Below, piece by piece: positions 8,150-11,720 of a DNA stretch of 11,720 nucleotides. Numbering within the stretch: position 1 is the stretch's first letter; every line of letters begins with the position of its first letter. This DNA comes from Candidatus Nanohaloarchaea archaeon (GTDB lineage Archaea; Nanohalarchaeota; Nanosalinia; Nanosalinales; Nanosalinaceae). The notes under the pieces were generated by a model, which searched no databases, was not told where the DNA came from, and saw nothing but the letters and a program-made list of their open reading frames with translations. The stretch is taken from positions 1-11,720 of the forward strand of contig JAWOFP010000041.1 in the NCBI GenBank assembly GCA_046497485.1, written 5' to 3'. A program made the position numbers and the translations under genes.

Positions 8150-8532
8150 ACTCTTCTACCTCTCTTTCCGCCTTTTTCTCGGCAGCCGTCGTGAGGTACC
8201 GGTGTAACGTCTTCAATATTTCCGACTTCAATGTCTTCGTTTCTAGAGATCGCACGGATAGCAGGCTGTGCTCCTTTACCCGGGATCTTGGACTTCTGTC
8301 CACCAGGAGCTCTCACACGGATGTCAACTTTTTCCAGGCCTTTCTCAGTGGATTCTTCAATCGCTTGATCCGCTGCTTTCATAGCAGGGAAGGCTCCACC
8401 TTGTAGACGGCCTTTGTCAGTCGCCATTCCTGATGTGATTCTTGAGAATGTTTCAGCTCCTGTTCCGTCTGTTACGTGAATTATAGTATTGTTAAAGCTC
8501 GAGTAGATGTGTACAATTCCTTTCTTAACCAT
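8146..8532 (-). CDS. rps11: 30S ribosomal protein uS11
   Basis: Motifs [20 protein letters not shown]...[11 protein letters not shown] and [11 protein letters not shown], with an archaeal GGKRGRRV C-terminus. Confidence 0.98.
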   Translation of the reverse strand: MVKKGIVHIYSSFNNTIIHVTDGTGAETFSRITSGMATDKGRLQGGAFPAMKAADQAIEESTEKGLEKVDIRVRAPGGQKSKIPGKGAQPAIRAISRNEDIEVGNIEDVTPVPHDGCREKGGKRGRRV

Positions 8533-9083
8533 TATTCTTCTTCCTCCTCGGATTCTTCTTCGGTTTCAGAATCATTTTCTTCTGTCTCCTCTTCAACTTC
8601 CTCTGCTTCTTCAGGTTCTGGAGTTTCTGGCATATCAAGCTCAATGTTTTTCTCCTCTTCCTTTGTAAGCATGTAGCTTGGAATATTCACAACTTCGCCA
8701 TCCACTTTAACATGACCGTGGTTAACAAGTTGTCGGGCCTGATTTGGAGTATCTGCAAGGCCTCTTCTCTCTACTGCTGTTTGAAGTCTTCTGTTTAGAA
8801 TATCTTCAACTCTCAAAGTCAAAAGATCTGAAGGCTCTGCATCTGACTTAACTAGGCCTAATCTATGGGCTTTGTTAAGTACATCTTCTTCCTCTTGAGG
8901 ATTGTCTTCAGCAATCAGCTTTCTTGCCTGACGCCTGAATCCTCTTAGTTCTGAGTATGCTTTGTAAATCTCTTTTTTGTTTGCGAGGCCGTACTCATCA
9001 GTTAGCTCTGCCTCTGTATCCATTCTTTCCTGATTCCACGCATTGTTAGGCGTTTCATACTGTTTCTTAAGCTTCTTTACCAT
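8532..9083 (-). CDS. rps4: 30S ribosomal protein uS4 with acidic C-terminal tail
   Basis: Motifs YETP...W, YGLx[20 protein letters not shown] and PSY; TAATG overlap with rps11. Confidence 0.98.
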   Translation of the reverse strand: MVKKLKKQYETPNNAWNQERMDTEAELTDEYGLANKKEIYKAYSELRGFRRQARKLIAEDNPQEEEDVLNKAHRLGLVKSDAEPSDLLTLRVEDILNRRLQTAVERRGLADTPNQARQLVNHGHVKVDGEVVNIPSYMLTKEEEKNIELDMPETPEPEEAEEVEEETEENDSETEEESEEEEE

Positions 9084-9105
9084 TATTTTTAGGCCTCTGT
9101 ATAGT

Positions 9106-9168
9106 TTATCTAACCCGGTTCTTAAGTTCCCGGTACTTTCTCTTTGCTTTTTCCTTTAAGTCCTTCAT
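9106..9168 (-). CDS. putative 20-aa basic peptide inside the ribosomal operon
   Basis: [20 protein letters not shown]. The ATG overlaps the rps13 TGA (ATGA), GGAGG lies 9 nt upstream, and the ORF fills most of the rps13-rps4 gap. Confidence 0.45.
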   Translation of the reverse strand: MKDLKEKAKRKYRELKNRVR

Positions 9169-9632
9169 TCTTCGTCTCCTCCTTCTGATGCTTCAGCCTT
9201 AATGGAAGCTGTGTCTACTCCGATCTTGCTTCCTGTTCTGAAGCTAGACTTAGTCTTCTGTCCTCTTACAGGTAGTCCGATCTTATGTCTCCATCCTCTG
9301 TAAGATCCGATTTCCTTGTAGCGTCTAATATCAAATTCTTCTTTGAGCTCGAGGTCTGATTCGATTAAATGACCGTTGTCTCCTGTCTCCCTGTCGTCTC
9401 TCCTGTTAAGAAGCCATTCAGGTAGCTCAGGGTCTTTGAGCTCTTCTTCTATTTCATCGATTTCTTCATCGGAAAGGTCTCCGATTATCTGGTCTTTGTA
9501 ACCTAGCTCATGCGCAATTGCATGACCGTACATCTGACCGACTCCCTTGAGACCTGCGACTGCTTCTTCTACAGGCTTTGTTCCGTCGATTCCGGTACGG
9601 GCAATCCTTACTATTTCTTTTGTCTCGGACAT
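9165..9632 (-). CDS. rps13: 30S ribosomal protein uS13
   Basis: Motifs IVRIA, GLKGVG, PEWLLNRRDD.ETG and SYRGWRHKIGLPVRGQKTKS. Confidence 0.98.
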   Translation of the reverse strand: MSETKEIVRIARTGIDGTKPVEEAVAGLKGVGQMYGHAIAHELGYKDQIIGDLSDEEIDEIEEELKDPELPEWLLNRRDDRETGDNGHLIESDLELKEEFDIRRYKEIGSYRGWRHKIGLPVRGQKTKSSFRTGSKIGVDTASIKAEASEGGDEE

Positions 9633-9656
9633 GTGTAAACTAAGGCTCGGTTAAAT

Positions 9657-9665
9657 CTTATAAAG
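9657..9665. promoter_or_regulatory. TATA box of the rps13 operon, possibly shared with the divergent gene
   Basis: TTTATAAG on the minus strand about 25 nt before the rps13 ATG (leaderless spacing). It also reads TTATAAAG on plus, upstream of 9698; the intergenic gap is only 65 bp. Confidence 0.55.
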
Positions 9666-9697
9666 GTACTAAAGGTTGAGGTTGAACTTGGTTAATT

Positions 9698-10105
9698 ATG
9701 AGTTCAAGATCGGGAGAAGCCCTTGAAAGTCAAGCCGGGAAGCTATTGAATAAGAGATATGGCGAAGACTATATTGTTAGGAAAAATGGACTCAACAAAG
9801 AAAAATTTGAAGAGATTCTGAATAAAGGCGTTTTAGAAATAGACAAAGAAAATCGCGGATTTCCAGATGCAGAGAAGGAGCAAGATATTGTCGATGAAAT
9901 AAGGTTCTTGGAAGGATATCAATATGAACACCTGGACTTTGAAGATTTCTATATTTTTACAGGAGAATTCAAAAACGAGAGCTTCATAGGAGTCTCAACA
10001 GATCTAGATCACCAAGAAACTTCAGACCACTATACAAGACTCTATTTTTCGGACAGTATACCAGATAGAGATATTGGCTACATTCTTGAGGAAAAGCAGG
10101 CCTGA
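9698..10105 (+). CDS. acidic hypothetical protein
   Basis: 135-aa ORF with an ATG start, divergent from rps13. Confidence 0.75.
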   Translation: MSSRSGEALESQAGKLLNKRYGEDYIVRKNGLNKEKFEEILNKGVLEIDKENRGFPDAEKEQDIVDEIRFLEGYQYEHLDFEDFYIFTGEFKNESFIGVSTDLDHQETSDHYTRLYFSDSIPDRDIGYILEEKQA

Positions 10106-10108
10106 AAA

Positions 10109-10654
10109 TTAATTCAGGCGCTTTACATCAATCGAATCGTAGGCCTCGACTTCTCTACCCAAGTTTTGGACATCTGTCGCTCCATCAAAATTAACTAGAT
10201 ATAACTGGCCTTTATCTCCGCCGTAACTGCCGTCCATATCATAGACTAGGCCTGCGAAGACAGTCTCTTCAAAATCAGTTTGCTCGAGTAGAAACTCTAT
10301 CTGATTATCCACATTTCTCTCAACAAGTTTGCTAATTTCTTCCTGTTCAGTTCCTGTACCCGAAACCTCTCTATAGTCATCTGTAAGGCCTGAGTCCATC
10401 AATAATTTGATGTCGGAATTTATGCCTGTAGCTTCTCCATTGTAATCTGCCAGATCGGATTCAGAAAGATCTTCTGCATTAGGTAGGCCTTCATCCTCTT
10501 CAATCATGCCTAAAGTTTCATAGGTTGCTGTGACAGCTCCACAGCCTGTATGTCCTATGACTGCGACGACTGTTTCGGTGTCTGAGTGCTCCGGGATGTA
10601 GTCAATGCTTCCTGAAACCGCTTCTTCTCCTTCGCTCGTATAGGCATTTACATA
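10109..10654 (-). pseudogene. 5'-truncated beta-class carbonic anhydrase
   Basis: The frame of 10109..10507 stays open upstream to a TAA at 10655-10657 and reads YVNAYTSEGEEAVSGSIDYIPEHSDTETVVAVIGHTGCGAVTATYETLG. It has the GHxxCGA zinc motif, later VERNVDNQIEFL and GLVYD, but no CxDxR and no in-frame ATG upstream of the motif. Confidence 0.75.
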
Positions 10655-10829
10655 TTATATATCAATCTATTAGCCTTTTCAGAATTTCAAAGCCGCCTCT
10701 ATATTATCTAAATTAACCATATTACCTTGAAAATAAGCTTTATATTTAATAAAAAGATTCTAACAATTAAAAAGAAAAAACACAGTCTTAGAAGATAATT
10801 AAGAAAATAGTAAAATTCGGTTTATTTCG

Positions 10830-11114
10830 CTATTCCTCATCTACTTTCTTGATTAGATGCCATCCAAACTCTGTCTCAACAGGCTCGCTTATCTCCCCTT
10901 CATCTAAGTCAAAGGCCTTTCTCTCGAACGGTTTAACCATGTCGCCTCTACCAAACCATCCTAGGTCGCCGCCTTTCTTTCCTGAAGGTCCTTCAGATTT
11001 TTTCTTTGCCATTTCTTCAAACTCTTCCTTCCCTTCATCTAGTTCCTGTTTGATTTGACGGGCGTGTTCCCTATTATCTACGAGAATATGTTTTGCGCGT
11101 ACTTTCTGTGCCAT
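10830..11114 (-). CDS. ppiC: parvulin-type peptidyl-prolyl cis-trans isomerase
   Basis: Motifs AKHILV, F..MAK..S.GPS...GGDLGWF, MVKPFE..AF and SEPVETEFGWHLIK. Confidence 0.95.
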   Translation of the reverse strand: MAQKVRAKHILVDNREHARQIKQELDEGKEEFEEMAKKKSEGPSGKKGGDLGWFGRGDMVKPFERKAFDLDEGEISEPVETEFGWHLIKKVDEE

Positions 11115-11172
11115 GAAAATTATTTACCGGAGAAACTGTAAAAAGTTATTCAAATAAAGGCCTGAAATCTAG

Positions 11173-11718
11173 TCAATAACGTCTTCTCAATACCTCATCA
11201 GAATCTATATTTGAGTCGACAATAAGTTTGGACTCGTTTGTAGTATCAGGACATCTTTCGCCTTCAACCTCTTCTACAGGAACTGTATCTCCTACATCAA
11301 CTCTTTCCATATCAAACTCGAACTGTATATCTTCCGTCTCCTGTAAATTCCCGAACTTCATTGTATCTGTCTCCGAACTGAAGTACGCTCCAGTTCTCTG
11401 CCTATCTCCAGTCTCATTGTAAAGACATCCGCTGAAAGATGCGCCTTCTGAATCATAAGGTAGTACAGAGTTCTTTGAAACCATTAAATCTCCCGCATCT
11501 ATATTTTCTGAAACCGTTATCTCTTGTTTCAATTCATAGTCATAACTTACGTTTCCTGAACCAACGTCATACAATATAAGGCCTACTAACAGTATCAGAA
11601 GAGCTATTCCTGCTTTCTTCACTTGATTATTTGTAGGGCTAAACTCTTTCTGAGTTACCATATACCCTAATCCTGCAAAGATTCCGGACGAGACAATTAA
11701 TGAAAGCATTATTCCATC
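11173..11718 (-). CDS. membrane-anchored protein, probably 5'-partial
   Basis: The frame is open beyond ATG 11709 to the window edge. Two hydrophobic segments are followed by an acidic domain with two Cys. Confidence 0.7.
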   Translation of the reverse strand, partial: DGIMLSLIVSSGIFAGLGYMVTQKEFSPTNNQVKKAGIALLILLVGLILYDVGSGNVSYDYELKQEITVSENIDAGDLMVSKNSVLPYDSEGASFSGCLYNETGDRQRTGAYFSSETDTMKFGNLQETEDIQFEFDMERVDVGDTVPVEEVEGERCPDTTNESKLIVDSNIDSDEVLRRRY

Positions 11719-11720
11719 TG

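Larger units (their letters stand above)
272..11584. repeat. dispersed, highly iterated palindrome AGGCCT (40 copies by manual count)
   Basis: Starts at 272, 662, 912, 1383, 1654, 1898, 2266, 2479, 2693, 3299, 3348, 3393, 3574, 3921, 4071, 4545, 4756, 4948, 5289, 5427, 5589, 5705, 5908, 6146, 6517, 6841, 7639, 7992, 8336, 8758, 8854, 9091, 10098, 10141, 10248, 10386, 10485, 10913, 11158, 11579. Confidence 0.9.

Noticed and set aside
7399..8676. ORFs 7399..7716 (-), 7947..8207, 8074..8406 and 8476..8676 (+)
   Set aside because: They overlap rpoD, rps11 and rps4 in alternative or antisense frames; the Ser-rich one mirrors the Glu-rich uS4 tail.
10679..10720. 13-aa minus-strand ORF MVNLDNIEAALKF as the missing carbonic anhydrase N-terminus
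   Set aside because: Too short, lacks CxDxR, and is separated from the CA frame by stop codons.
10849..11422. Plus-strand ORFs 10849..11058 and 11228..11422
   Set aside because: Antisense shadows of the parvulin and membrane-protein genes.
1..11720. Other palindromic hexamers (AAGCTT, AGATCT)
   Set aside because: Roughly 7-10 copies each against about 4 expected; far weaker than AGGCCT and not supportable without computation.

Overview
Archaeal chromosomal window of roughly 40% GC (estimated by eye). It encodes very acidic proteins and archaeal-type ribosomal proteins, which best fits a nano-sized halophilic archaeon (Ca. Nanohaloarchaeota-like; inference). The minus strand carries a core rps13-rps4-rps11-rpoD cluster and a tRNA-Leu(UAA) with a 25-bp duplication of its 3' end. 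The window also holds a parvulin, a DUF2892 membrane protein, a partial DUF433 gene, a 5'-truncated beta-carbonic anhydrase and many acidic ORFans, two of which look like paralogous winged-helix proteins. The strongest unexplained signal is the palindrome AGGCCT: 40 copies by hand count against about 2 expected, in all codon phases and between genes, resembling cyanobacterial HIP1. Also notable are an unannotated 20-aa basic ORF coupled to rps13 inside the ribosomal operon, and a minimal RpoD lacking its ferredoxin-like domain.
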